From NCBI GenBank assembly GCA_963619155.1, contig CAVEVN010000013.1:5263-69262 (forward strand): a DNA stretch of 64,000 nt, read 5' to 3'. Below the pieces are notes generated by a model that worked only from the letters and a program-made list of their open reading frames with translations, was not told the DNA's origin and did no database searches. How positions within the stretch are numbered: the stretch's first letter is position 1; every line of letters begins with the position of its first letter. Below, one piece after another: positions 46,365 to 54,620 of the stretch. The DNA comes from a bacterium (GTDB lineage: Bacteria; Patescibacteriota; Saccharimonadia; Saccharimonadales; Saccharimonadaceae). A program made the position numbers and the translations under genes.

Positions 46365-47368
46365 TACGCCCCTTTCCCAAAATCAACCGCGAGTTCCACC
46401 AGCCGGTTCGAATACCCCCATTCGTTATCGTACCACGCCACAATCTTGATTAAGTTCCCTCCAACCACGTCAATGAGCGGCAAATCTACAATACAAGAAT
46501 GCGGATCGCCGATAAAGTCCGACGATACTAATTCCTCGTCCGTCACGCCAATAATTCCTTGATAATATGGCTCTTTGGCGGCTTTTTTGAATAAGTTTTG
46601 TAACTCTTCTTTGGTGACGTCGCGTTTAACAATTGCCGTAATGTCCGACAACGAAACCACTGGCGTCGGAACGCGCACCGACAGTCCATTAAACTTACCC
46701 TTGAGGCTCGGAATCGTCAGCGCCGCAGCTTTGGAAGCTCCAGTTGAAGTCGGCACGATGTTTTCTGCCGCCGAACGCGCCTCGCGCAAGTCTTTCGCTG
46801 GCGCATCGAGGATTTTTTGCGAGCCGGTATAAGAATGTACCGTCGTCATCATTGCCTTTTCAATCCCAATTTCGTCTTCCAAGACTTTCATCACTGGCGC
46901 GATACAGTTCGTCGTACAAGACGCGTTCGAAATTATCTCATCGTTATCTTCCACTACGTCTTCGTTGACCCCTAGCACCACAGTTTTTGCGCCTTCGCCC
47001 TTAGCCGGCGCCGAAATTACTACTTTTTTCGCCCCCGCCTTGATGTGCGCCCGTGCATCTTTTGGATTAGTAAAAAATCCGGTCGATTCAATCACGACAT
47101 CCACACCAAGCTCGCCCCACGGCAACTTCGCCGGGTCTTTCTCCGCAAAAACGGGAATTTCGCGCGTGTTCACTACGATCGCATTTTCCTTTGCGGCTAC
47201 TTTTTTATCATAAGTCCCGTATGAGGAATCGTGTTTTAAGAGGTGTGCCAGAGTTTTTGCATCCGTAATATCGTTAATCGCCACCACTTGCGTGTCGTGT
47301 CTCTCCAACAAAATTTTCAACGCATTCCGTCCGATGCGTCCGAAGCCGTTAATCGCTACTTTTACCAT
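46364..47368 (-). CDS. gap: Glyceraldehyde-3-phosphate dehydrogenase
   Basis: 334 aa. The motifs VAINGFGRIGR, SNASCTTNC and WYDNEWGYS are present. Upstream are an SD (GGAGG) and a TGCTATAAT promoter. Confidence 0.96.
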   Translation of the reverse strand: MVKVAINGFGRIGRNALKILLERHDTQVVAINDITDAKTLAHLLKHDSSYGTYDKKVAAKENAIVVNTREIPVFAEKDPAKLPWGELGVDVVIESTGFFTNPKDARAHIKAGAKKVVISAPAKGEGAKTVVLGVNEDVVEDNDEIISNASCTTNCIAPVMKVLEDEIGIEKAMMTTVHSYTGSQKILDAPAKDLREARSAAENIVPTSTGASKAAALTIPSLKGKFNGLSVRVPTPVVSLSDITAIVKRDVTKEELQNLFKKAAKEPYYQGIIGVTDEELVSSDFIGDPHSCIVDLPLIDVVGGNLIKIVAWYDNEWGYSNRLVELAVDFGKGA

Positions 47369-47463
47369 TTTTACCTCCTAAATATACTTAAGCTCATTAT
47401 AGCACACTTCGCCTCAAAAGCACAAGCAACAAAAATACACCTCTTACTGAACGGAAAACATAG

Positions 47464-47576
47464 GCAACAAAAATCACCTCTTCGGGACAGTACGGAGGCT
47501 ACGGCCGAGTAATAGGGAGCGAGCCCCGTAACGACGGGCGCGAGCGACCCGTGTCCCGAAGGGGTGTTTTTGTTGC
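47464..47576 (-). terminator. Long imperfect inverted repeat with a 64-nt GC-rich core, probably the rpsL-rpsG terminator
   Basis: The arms GCAACAAAAATCACCTCTTCGGGAC (47464-47488) and GTCCCGAAGGGGTGTTTTTGTTGC (47553-47576) have one bulge and one G-T pair. On the minus strand the 3' arm ends in ATTTTTGTTGCC. The element starts 8 nt after the rpsG stop. Confidence 0.55.
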
Positions 47577-47584
47577 TGGGCGGG

Positions 47585-48061
47585 TTAGCGAGCAAAATGC
47601 GCAAACGCGCGGTTCGCTTCGGCCATGCGGTGGCAATCTTCTTTCTTCTTGAAGGCTGCGCCTTGCTCGTTGTAAGCGTCAACAATCTCAAGTTCAAGCC
47701 GTTTCGCATATGGCATCCCACTGCGCGCTCGGGCAGATTGAACCAACCACGAAAATGCAAAATGCAGTTGCCGATGTCCCGAAATCGGGAACGGGATTTG
47801 ATAGTTCGCACCACCAACCCGGCGACTTTTCACCTCGAAATCCGGCGAAATATTCGCGATTGCTTTTTCTAGAACTTCGACTGGATTCTCCGAATCCAAT
47901 TTTTTCGCTGCACCCTCAATCGCAGCATAAACCGCACGCTCCGCAACTTGTTTCTTTCCATCTAACATTGACTTATTAATTAATCTTTGCACCAAAATCG
48001 ACTGATATTTGCGATCTGGGCTCACTTTTCGCTCTAGCGACTTAGTAGTTTTCCGTGGCAT
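47585..48061 (-). CDS. rpsG: Ribosomal protein S7
   Basis: 158 aa. The motifs PDRKYQS, VEVKSRRVGGANYQIP and MAEANRAFAHF are present. Confidence 0.96.
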   Translation of the reverse strand: MPRKTTKSLERKVSPDRKYQSILVQRLINKSMLDGKKQVAERAVYAAIEGAAKKLDSENPVEVLEKAIANISPDFEVKSRRVGGANYQIPFPISGHRQLHFAFSWLVQSARARSGMPYAKRLELEIVDAYNEQGAAFKKKEDCHRMAEANRAFAHFAR

Positions 48062-48475
48062 TTACTTACCCTCCTTCTTCGCCCCGTATTTCGAGCGACC
48101 TTGTTTGCGACCTTGTACGCCTTGAAGGTCCAAAGCCCCACGCACGATGTGATAACGCACACCTGGTAAATCCGGCACCCGTCCGCCGCGCACTAGCACG
48201 ACCGCGTGTTCCTGTAAATTGTGGCCTTCGCCCCCGATATACGCCCAAACTTCTTGACCATTAGTTAGCCGCACACGCGCGACTTTCCGCATTGCCGAGT
48301 TTGGTTTCTTTGGCGTCTTAGTAGTTACTTTAATACAAACCCCGCGCTTTAATGGCGAAGCTTTCTCGTAGCGTTTGGTTTTCAAAGTGTTCACAATCGA
48401 ACCGAGCGCCGGAGATTTCGACTTTTTCGCTGCCTTTTTGCGTGGCTTGCGAATCAACTGATTGATAGTTGGCAT
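48062..48475 (-). CDS. rpsL: Ribosomal protein S12
   Basis: 137 aa. The motifs [26 protein letters not shown] and [13 protein letters not shown] are present. Confidence 0.97.
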   Translation of the reverse strand: MPTINQLIRKPRKKAAKKSKSPALGSIVNTLKTKRYEKASPLKRGVCIKVTTKTPKKPNSAMRKVARVRLTNGQEVWAYIGGEGHNLQEHAVVLVRGGRVPDLPGVRYHIVRGALDLQGVQGRKQGRSKYGAKKEGK

Positions 48476-48617
48476 CTAATTCCTCTTCTCTATTATTTTT
48501 AATGATACGCTATATCTAGCGTCTCGAGTGCTAAAATCGCCCACAAAACACCATATCTAGCGTCTATTTGTCAGCCCGCCTACAGCAATCCGCGAGCCAA
48601 CCGAAACTCTTCCTTTC

Positions 48618-48646
48618 ATTATATCACACTTAACCTAAAAAGTCCA
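48618..48646 (-). promoter_or_regulatory. rpsL-rpsG promoter
   Basis: The minus strand reads TGGACT, a 17-nt spacer ending gtgtga, then TATAAT. The leader to rpsL is about 140 nt. Confidence 0.55.
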
Positions 48647-48703
48647 CTGTTTAATAGTTGAACTTGAACTAAATCAATATTTTTTTATTTTTTATCATAA
48701 CTA

Positions 48704-48712
48704 TGATATAAT
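48704..48712 (+). promoter_or_regulatory. Extended -10 promoter (TGaTATAAT) for the structured RNA and four-gene operon
   Basis: TGATATAAT lies at 48704-48712. The predicted transcription start (about 48719-48720) coincides with the first nucleotide of the outer stem of the downstream structure. Confidence 0.55.
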
Positions 48713-48719
48713 TAAAGAG

Positions 48720-48860
48720 CTTAGACTTTTATAATTTGACAAACCGATTCTGAAAAGAATCGCTGGTTTCAAGAAAATCTTGTGGCTATGTGCTCGAGTT
48801 TGGTTCTTGAAACCAGATTTGTCAAAAGGTCTAAGCAACTTGGTACGTAGCCACATTTTT
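48720..48860 (+). ncRNA. Candidate structured RNA (three-way junction plus possible pseudoknot), 5' leader of the operon or an independent small RNA
   Basis: P1a is CTTAGAC (48720-26)/GTCTAAG (48829-35). P1b is TTTGACAAA (48735-43)/TTTGTCAAA (48818-26). P2 is CGATTC-tgaaaa-GAATCG (48745-62). P3 is a perfect 13-bp stem, CTGGTTTCAAGAA (48763-75)/TTCTTGAAACCAG (48804-16). TGTGGCTA in the P3 loop (48781-88) is complementary to TAGCCACA (48848-55), which is followed by TTTTT. Confidence 0.55.
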
Positions 48861-48931
48861 GTGTCAATAAGAAACTATTTAGGCAAAAGTCTCTTAAACG
48901 TATCAAAAATAATAAAAGTTTAGGAGAAACT

Positions 48932-50194
48932 ATGTCGAGACGCAGGTCAAAAAAGGATAATAATAAGTGGCTTACTGTTATTATTGTGGTTTTGTGTGTT
49001 TGTGCACTTGGTTTTTTTATTTACGCCGGCTCGTCTTCGGGCGAAAATTCAAGTTGCGGTACTCGTGAAGAAGACACGGAACGCAGTGGCTATTGCCTCA
49101 CGACGAGCAAAGATTATGACGAATTAGTCATCGTAACTGGCAATACTCAAAACACTCCAGCTCCAGACTTAGACTTTACCCAGGGCGAATTATACGATAT
49201 TTTAGGCGGCGTATTTTATAATTCCGAGAGAGGAGCTGCTCCTAATGTCTCGATAGTTTCAGTCGCCGGCAACAATCATATTATAGAGTATACTGCTAAC
49301 CATAAAGTTGCTCAAAACATTATCGCATCGAATAACGAACTCAAAAAACTCGGCAAAGAGTTAAATAAGGCTATTAAAACTTTACCATCGGAATCCGGAG
49401 CAGATTATTTGGGTGCGATTCTGGAAGCAAACAACATTATTTCAAACACGTCTAAAAATCCCATTATATTGGTGGTCGGTTCGGGATATAGCGATTCTGG
49501 CGCATTGAATTTTGCATCCGATGAAATATTCAATTTATATTGGCAAAATGCCGACAATATCACTCAGCTTCTCTCGCAAAATCGGCAAACCAAAGAAGGC
49601 GCACTCAATCAAACGGCGGTCTATTGGTATAATTTGGGAGATACGGTGGCTCCGCAGGCCAGTTTGAATGTCTACAAGGAAGATACTAAAGAAATTTACG
49701 AACTCGCACTTGAATACCTTGGAGCTGGAAAAATTAGTCTCAATAATTATACCGGTATTTCTTCAGAAGCGACATCTGTCGCTTCTGAATATAGTGTGCA
49801 ACAGATCTATATTGATGAATTGAAAGTTGGGGATACCTTCAATGTCAACGAAGATATTGGGCGTTTTTATCCGGACGCAGCCACGTTAATAAACGCAAGC
49901 GAAGTCAAAGAAAAATTAGTATCTTTTGCCAAACATTTTAACCCGAACGGAAATACAAAACTGAAACTAACTGGATACATCGCATATTGTATAGACGAGG
50001 GGCAATTGGGTTTGTCCCGCGCCAATGCAATCAAGAATATACTGATGGAATTAGGCATACCAGAAAATAAGATCGAAACCCATGGCGAGCGAGGCTCTCC
50101 GCCAGAATCTAATAACGAAGCTTATACTTGCCGGAGCTCTTTACCCGAGACCGAGCGTAGAACAGTAAAAATAGAAGTAATAAAGGATGAATAA
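48932..50194 (+). CDS. Membrane-anchored protein with a vWA-like alpha/beta region and a C-terminal OmpA-like peptidoglycan-binding domain
   Basis: 420 aa with an SD (AGGAG) and an N-terminal TM helix (WLTVIIVVLCVCALGFFIYAG). The central region (ELVIVTGNTQNTPAPD...ILVVGSGYSDSG) is vWA-like with a degenerate MIDAS motif; this call is tentative. The C-terminus FYPDAATL...KLKLTGYIA...LSRANAIKNILMELGIPENKIETHGERGSPP...RRTVKIEV fits OmpA_C-like. Confidence 0.75.
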   Translation: MSRRRSKKDNNKWLTVIIVVLCVCALGFFIYAGSSSGENSSCGTREEDTERSGYCLTTSKDYDELVIVTGNTQNTPAPDLDFTQGELYDILGGVFYNSERGAAPNVSIVSVAGNNHIIEYTANHKVAQNIIASNNELKKLGKELNKAIKTLPSESGADYLGAILEANNIISNTSKNPIILVVGSGYSDSGALNFASDEIFNLYWQNADNITQLLSQNRQTKEGALNQTAVYWYNLGDTVAPQASLNVYKEDTKEIYELALEYLGAGKISLNNYTGISSEATSVASEYSVQQIYIDELKVGDTFNVNEDIGRFYPDAATLINASEVKEKLVSFAKHFNPNGNTKLKLTGYIAYCIDEGQLGLSRANAIKNILMELGIPENKIETHGERGSPPESNNEAYTCRSSLPETERRTVKIEVIKDE

Positions 50195-51045
50195 TGTCTA
50201 AAACTTTTGGTAATTTTGAATTCGGCGAGCATTTGTTTAATATTTGTTTCTCTTCTGGTCTAACATGCGTAATTTGTCTTGCAATTGGCGTTTCGCTTAA
50301 TTATATGGGTTTCTTTTCTAATGAAGCTAACCTGTGGGTGATTTTAGCCTTGTGCCTTGTTCCTGTGTGGACATTTATAACTGTATTTTTCGAATCGGAG
50401 TTTAAAATAGCCTACTACAAAACTTGGCATGATAAAATTATGGGGCTAATCGACCAATCAAAAATTCTTCAACGTTTTGCAAAACAATATAAAATTAAAA
50501 ATTGGAAAAATAAACTTGAGGAAGTCAAGACAGATGGGCGGTGGCATTTTTATGCGGACACTAACTACATGCATAGGTTAGCGGAGCAACGTGATTTAAC
50601 GATCGGTAAAATATATCGAGAATATCTCGCAGAAATGGCTCTCAAAAAAACAACGGTAATAAGCGCGCAGAAAGAATTATCGAATGCGACCATTCAACTA
50701 AAAGAAGCAGAAGACGCGGAAAAAATCGCTAAAAAATTATGCGAAGAAGCAAAATCGCCAGGCGAGATTTATAAGCAAAGACAAAGTTATCAAATAAAAA
50801 GACGTGAACTTGCCGAAGCGATGACAAAGAAAAGCGACGCAGAATATGCCTTGCAAGAACAAACAAAAGAAAGAGAAGATATAATTAACATGTACCAACA
50901 AGAGGCCGCTTTGATTGTGAAAATTTTTTATTCAAGATATTTAAAATACACTGAGTCTGCTATTAAGAAAATTAATAAAATCAACGGATTAAAATATACG
51001 ATAGTCGATATGTCAAAAGCTAATATACCGACATTAACAATATAA
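50194..51045 (+). CDS. Hypothetical protein with two TM helices and a long coiled-coil
   Basis: 283 aa. Its start overlaps the upstream stop (TAATG). Two hydrophobic helices are followed by a charged heptad-like region (ISAQKELSNATIQLKEAEDAEKIAKKLCEEAK...). Confidence 0.7.
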   Translation: MSKTFGNFEFGEHLFNICFSSGLTCVICLAIGVSLNYMGFFSNEANLWVILALCLVPVWTFITVFFESEFKIAYYKTWHDKIMGLIDQSKILQRFAKQYKIKNWKNKLEEVKTDGRWHFYADTNYMHRLAEQRDLTIGKIYREYLAEMALKKTTVISAQKELSNATIQLKEAEDAEKIAKKLCEEAKSPGEIYKQRQSYQIKRRELAEAMTKKSDAEYALQEQTKEREDIINMYQQEAALIVKIFYSRYLKYTESAIKKINKINGLKYTIVDMSKANIPTLTI

Positions 51046-51058
51046 GAAAGGAACCAAA

Positions 51059-51592
51059 ATGAAATTTTTTAATTTTTTCACAAAGGAAAAAGATGAAGAT
51101 ATCGACCATGATTGGCGCGATTTAGACGCGTTACCCAAAGAAGTTGTTTCTGAAAAAGAACTTGATGCTATGCAGGATGAGGTTGTTAAAAAATTGACAA
51201 ATTTAGAGCATGACACTATCAAACAAACCGGCGATATACCAACGGCTAAGCCTCAGGCGCTGTTCTATTGCCATAAATATATTGATGCTAAATTTAACAA
51301 AGAAAATTTCGATATCGATACATATTTTTCCAGAAAACAGAATATTTTAGACCGAAAATACGCAGAGGGGCTAGGCGATGTTAAAGCGGAATTTACCGGG
51401 TACAAAGAATTGATTGAAGAGATAAAAGAGGTCGACTGGCGCCTGAGAAAGAAGATAAACAAATTGGATCCGAGTTCAAATGTGAATTTGGATGTTGCTG
51501 GGACTTATGATGATTCCGAGGTGTTGCTTGCGCAAATTAACGAATTGCCAGCCGGCATTAATTGGGATAATTTTGAAAAGGAGAACGAATGA
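51059..51592 (+). CDS. Hypothetical acidic soluble protein
   Basis: 177 aa with an RBS (GAAAGGA) 7 nt upstream. Its stop overlaps the next start (ATGA). I recognise no family. Confidence 0.65.
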   Translation: MKFFNFFTKEKDEDIDHDWRDLDALPKEVVSEKELDAMQDEVVKKLTNLEHDTIKQTGDIPTAKPQALFYCHKYIDAKFNKENFDIDTYFSRKQNILDRKYAEGLGDVKAEFTGYKELIEEIKEVDWRLRKKINKLDPSSNVNLDVAGTYDDSEVLLAQINELPAGINWDNFEKENE

Positions 51593-52503
51593 ATATTTTT
51601 AGACGCAGACGCAAAAACGAGACTACGGACGCTCAGCAACCCGTGGTCGACTTTGGTAATTTGAAAGGTAAAAACACAAAATCTCCAGAAACAGACACAA
51701 CGGCTTCGAGTGAGATTGCGGACGTCCAGTATGAAAAAATACAACAAACTATTTTTGGGGTTCGTTTTCCTTGGGAGGCTATATTTTTCGTAACCGTAGG
51801 CGCATTGAGTGAGGTCGTCGATGCGATGTTCCTCAATGCTACACTGGAAACTCTAGGGCGTGATTTGGATCCGACCACAGCTACGATCATTTCTTATATT
51901 GTTGGTGCCGGTTGTTTCTTTTCGATGGCGTTTGTCGGTTTTCAATTTGGCAACAGACGCTATTATACGAAAGTTGGCGAATATGTCTCTTATGGTTTTT
52001 GGGCAGGCTCTGGGATTGCTCTCGTTGCAGCTAAATTATTGGCCGGTTTAGTTGGAGGGGGTCTAGATAGTGTTATTGCCGGCAGAATGAGTGCTAGCGA
52101 ACTGTTCGGCTCGGAGGAGTTTCTTTCCAATTTGATTGTCGCCGTAGTTCAGGCGGTTCTTTATGTCGGGACCGGTTTTATGACGAGAGATAGCGTTCGT
52201 ATTCTGACCGACAATGATTTAAGAGAATATTTTTTGGCAAGGCGTCGTTATAAGCAACTTTTGAAAGAACTCTCTGAGCAGCGTGGAAATATCGCCGAAG
52301 ATATTTCAAAACTAAAGTCCTATCCAAAATTCGCAGAAAGATTAGTCCTGTCAAAACGTTCAGTCAAAAAGAACGTAGCTCAATATAACGAATCTGCAAG
52401 GGCTTTAATAGAAGCAAAGATGGCGATCACGGTAGAGCCAGATTTAATGGAAGATATGTACGATAGAGCAATGGAAAAAGAGGCTCTTCGAAATAAAAAA
52501 TAA
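51589..52503 (+). CDS. Hypothetical polytopic membrane protein with a C-terminal coiled-coil tail
   Basis: 304 aa with about four hydrophobic helices between residues 60 and 200. A charged helical tail follows (RRRYKQLLKELSEQRGNIAEDISKLK...). Confidence 0.7.
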   Translation: MNIFRRRRKNETTDAQQPVVDFGNLKGKNTKSPETDTTASSEIADVQYEKIQQTIFGVRFPWEAIFFVTVGALSEVVDAMFLNATLETLGRDLDPTTATIISYIVGAGCFFSMAFVGFQFGNRRYYTKVGEYVSYGFWAGSGIALVAAKLLAGLVGGGLDSVIAGRMSASELFGSEEFLSNLIVAVVQAVLYVGTGFMTRDSVRILTDNDLREYFLARRRYKQLLKELSEQRGNIAEDISKLKSYPKFAERLVLSKRSVKKNVAQYNESARALIEAKMAITVEPDLMEDMYDRAMEKEALRNKK

Positions 52504-52518
52504 AATCATGTAAAAAAC

Positions 52519-52546
52519 AATGGCGCCCAAACAGGCGCCATTTTTT
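52519..52546. terminator. Bidirectional intrinsic terminator
   Basis: Stem AATGGCGCC/GGCGCCATT (9 bp) with loop CAAACA. It is flanked by AAAAAAC and TTTTTT, and it overlaps the stop of the convergent gene 52545..53402. Confidence 0.8.
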
Positions 52547-53402
52547 AATGTGCTTTATGCACCCATTGCTCCCATTGACCACATAAATGGTCGTATAGAT
52601 CCAAAAAGGCTGCAATATTCACATGAATCGGGTGTGGCCATTCTAGCATCAAGGTTCTCTTGTCGGATAAGTCGAGATAGACATAGTCTTCTGTTGAATT
52701 CATGAGCCGATCAAGTTGATAGCCAAGATGTTTATTAAGACTCACCGGAAAGAAGCTATAATAGCAGAATATCCACTTCAAAAACATTTCCCGATATGCA
52801 AAAAAATATTCAGTAGCCTTTGACGGGTCGTCTTTGAGCATGTTTTTAATATAGGCTTCTTTTGGCATCAGATAATTCTTGATTGACTGAAGTCGTTTAT
52901 TGCGAACTGCATCGTCGTAATACGGTAAATATTTGAGCGACATTTTATCCAGATCTGACTTATCGCCAGCGATAACAATGCCGTCTCGAACAATCGCACC
53001 GATTACGATATCTGTCGAGTCATAAACTGCAGAATGCTTCAGTTCTTCACAAGTCGGCAAGACTGGTCTTGCAATTTTACAATCAAGCACAGTGCCTTGA
53101 TGAATTATCGAAAACTCAACCCTGTTGCCGGCGCCGTCTCTTACGACATGCGGGTATTTCACCCACTCCTTAACGATGCTCCTTAAGCGATAGCGAACAA
53201 CTTCTACTATACCGTCTAGGTTGTCAGCTACTGCCCTGTTCGTCAACGCTACTATGTCTAAATCCGATGTCCCGATATTGAAACATCCAGAATAAGCAGC
53301 GGAACCAAAGAGGACCAATGTTTTTATCTCTAGTCCACCCAGTTCATGTTTGAAAAAACTTTTGCAAAATTTTATAGTTTCTTGATATTTTTGTGAATCC
53401 AC
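52545..53402 (-). CDS. Nucleotidyltransferase-domain protein (Pol-beta superfamily, ANT/KNTase-like fold)
   Basis: 285 aa. LVLFGSAAYSGCFNIGTSDLDIVAL matches the GS...D.D minimal NTase motif. The helical C-terminal half is not assigned. Confidence 0.65.
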   Translation of the reverse strand: MDSQKYQETIKFCKSFFKHELGGLEIKTLVLFGSAAYSGCFNIGTSDLDIVALTNRAVADNLDGIVEVVRYRLRSIVKEWVKYPHVVRDGAGNRVEFSIIHQGTVLDCKIARPVLPTCEELKHSAVYDSTDIVIGAIVRDGIVIAGDKSDLDKMSLKYLPYYDDAVRNKRLQSIKNYLMPKEAYIKNMLKDDPSKATEYFFAYREMFLKWIFCYYSFFPVSLNKHLGYQLDRLMNSTEDYVYLDLSDKRTLMLEWPHPIHVNIAAFLDLYDHLCGQWEQWVHKAH

Positions 53403-53660
53403 GAATCCACACCTCCTTATTAATGTTCGAACGAAAATACGTTATGTAGTTAATATTAAAACATTTATTCAAAAAAGTCAATAGTAAGTTGTGTTTTGGC
53501 TATTATTGCTAGCTGACAAGGCAGAATAAAAACGGAAATATTTTATGTTTCTGTGCTATAATAAGGATGTTTAGTAATTCCCTTTTGGTCTGAGCGTTGC
53601 AAAAACTGAGTCTTTTTCTTTAAATCTTGATCACTTTTAATATCTACAGAAAGGTCTTTT

Positions 53661-54563
53661 ATGAAAACCTCTCGCAATATTCTTATTGCTTTTATATTAA
53701 ACTTAACTTTTTCCGTTTTGGAGTTTTTTGGCGGGCTTTTTACGAATTCCGTCGCCATTTTGTCCGACTCGGTTCACGACCTCGGCGACGCGCTTTCAAT
53801 CGGGCTGTCGTATATTTTGGAGCGCAAAAGCAAAAAAGGCATCGACAAAAAACATACTTATGGATATTTGCGCTACTCGGTTCTCGGCAGCGTCATTACC
53901 ACTACTATTCTAACTGCCGGCTCGGTTCTGGTTGTCGCCGGCGCCGTTCAGCGCATTTTTCATCCCGAACCGGTCGATTATTCCGGTATGATTATCCTTG
54001 CGATTTTTGGTGTCATTCTGAACTCTATCGCCGCCTTTGCCACTCACGAAAAAGGCTCGCTCAACCAAAGGGCGATTAATTTGCACATGCTCGAAGACGT
54101 GCTCGGCTGGGTCGTGGTGCTTATCGGCGCGATTATCATGAATTTTACCGACATCAGCATTCTTGATCCGCTGATGAGTATTGGCGTGGCACTTTTCATC
54201 CTCTATAACGCCCTGAAAAACCTCCGCTCGATTTTGAATATTTTTCTCGAAAAAACTCCGGATAATATCAATCTCGACCAAATCAAGCACGAGCTTTCAA
54301 AAATCGACGGCGTGCTCGGCGTTCATCATATTCACGTCCGCAGCATCGACGGCTTCAACAACTACGCTACGCTCCACGTTGTTGTCTCCGAATATAGCCA
54401 TGAACTTAAAGAAAAAATCAAACACCAACTAAAAACCTTAAATGTGGACCATTCCACTATCGAGTTGGAGCTAAAAGGCGAAACTTGCGACGACAAAAAA
54501 TGCCATCCTGCTACCCATGCTGAGCCGCACGGTCATAATCATCACCACGAGCACCACCGCTAG
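53661..54563 (+). CDS. Cation diffusion facilitator (Zn/Co/Cd efflux) transporter with a His-rich tail
   Basis: 300 aa. The motifs AILSDSVHDLGDALS and HMLEDVLGW, six TM helices, and the C-terminal HAEPHGHNHHHEHHR are present. Confidence 0.88.
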   Translation: MKTSRNILIAFILNLTFSVLEFFGGLFTNSVAILSDSVHDLGDALSIGLSYILERKSKKGIDKKHTYGYLRYSVLGSVITTTILTAGSVLVVAGAVQRIFHPEPVDYSGMIILAIFGVILNSIAAFATHEKGSLNQRAINLHMLEDVLGWVVVLIGAIIMNFTDISILDPLMSIGVALFILYNALKNLRSILNIFLEKTPDNINLDQIKHELSKIDGVLGVHHIHVRSIDGFNNYATLHVVVSEYSHELKEKIKHQLKTLNVDHSTIELELKGETCDDKKCHPATHAEPHGHNHHHEHHR

Positions 54564-54620
54564 TCGCCTTAACTTGCAAATACCTGTATTAATTCCGGAA
54601 AAATCGGCGCCACAAAAAAC

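Noticed and set aside
47371-47817. A 148-aa minus-strand ORF and a 102-aa plus-strand ORF spanning the rpsG-gap intergenic region.
   Set aside because: They overlap rpsG out of frame and run through the inverted-repeat/terminator element. They have no motifs and no ribosome-binding site.
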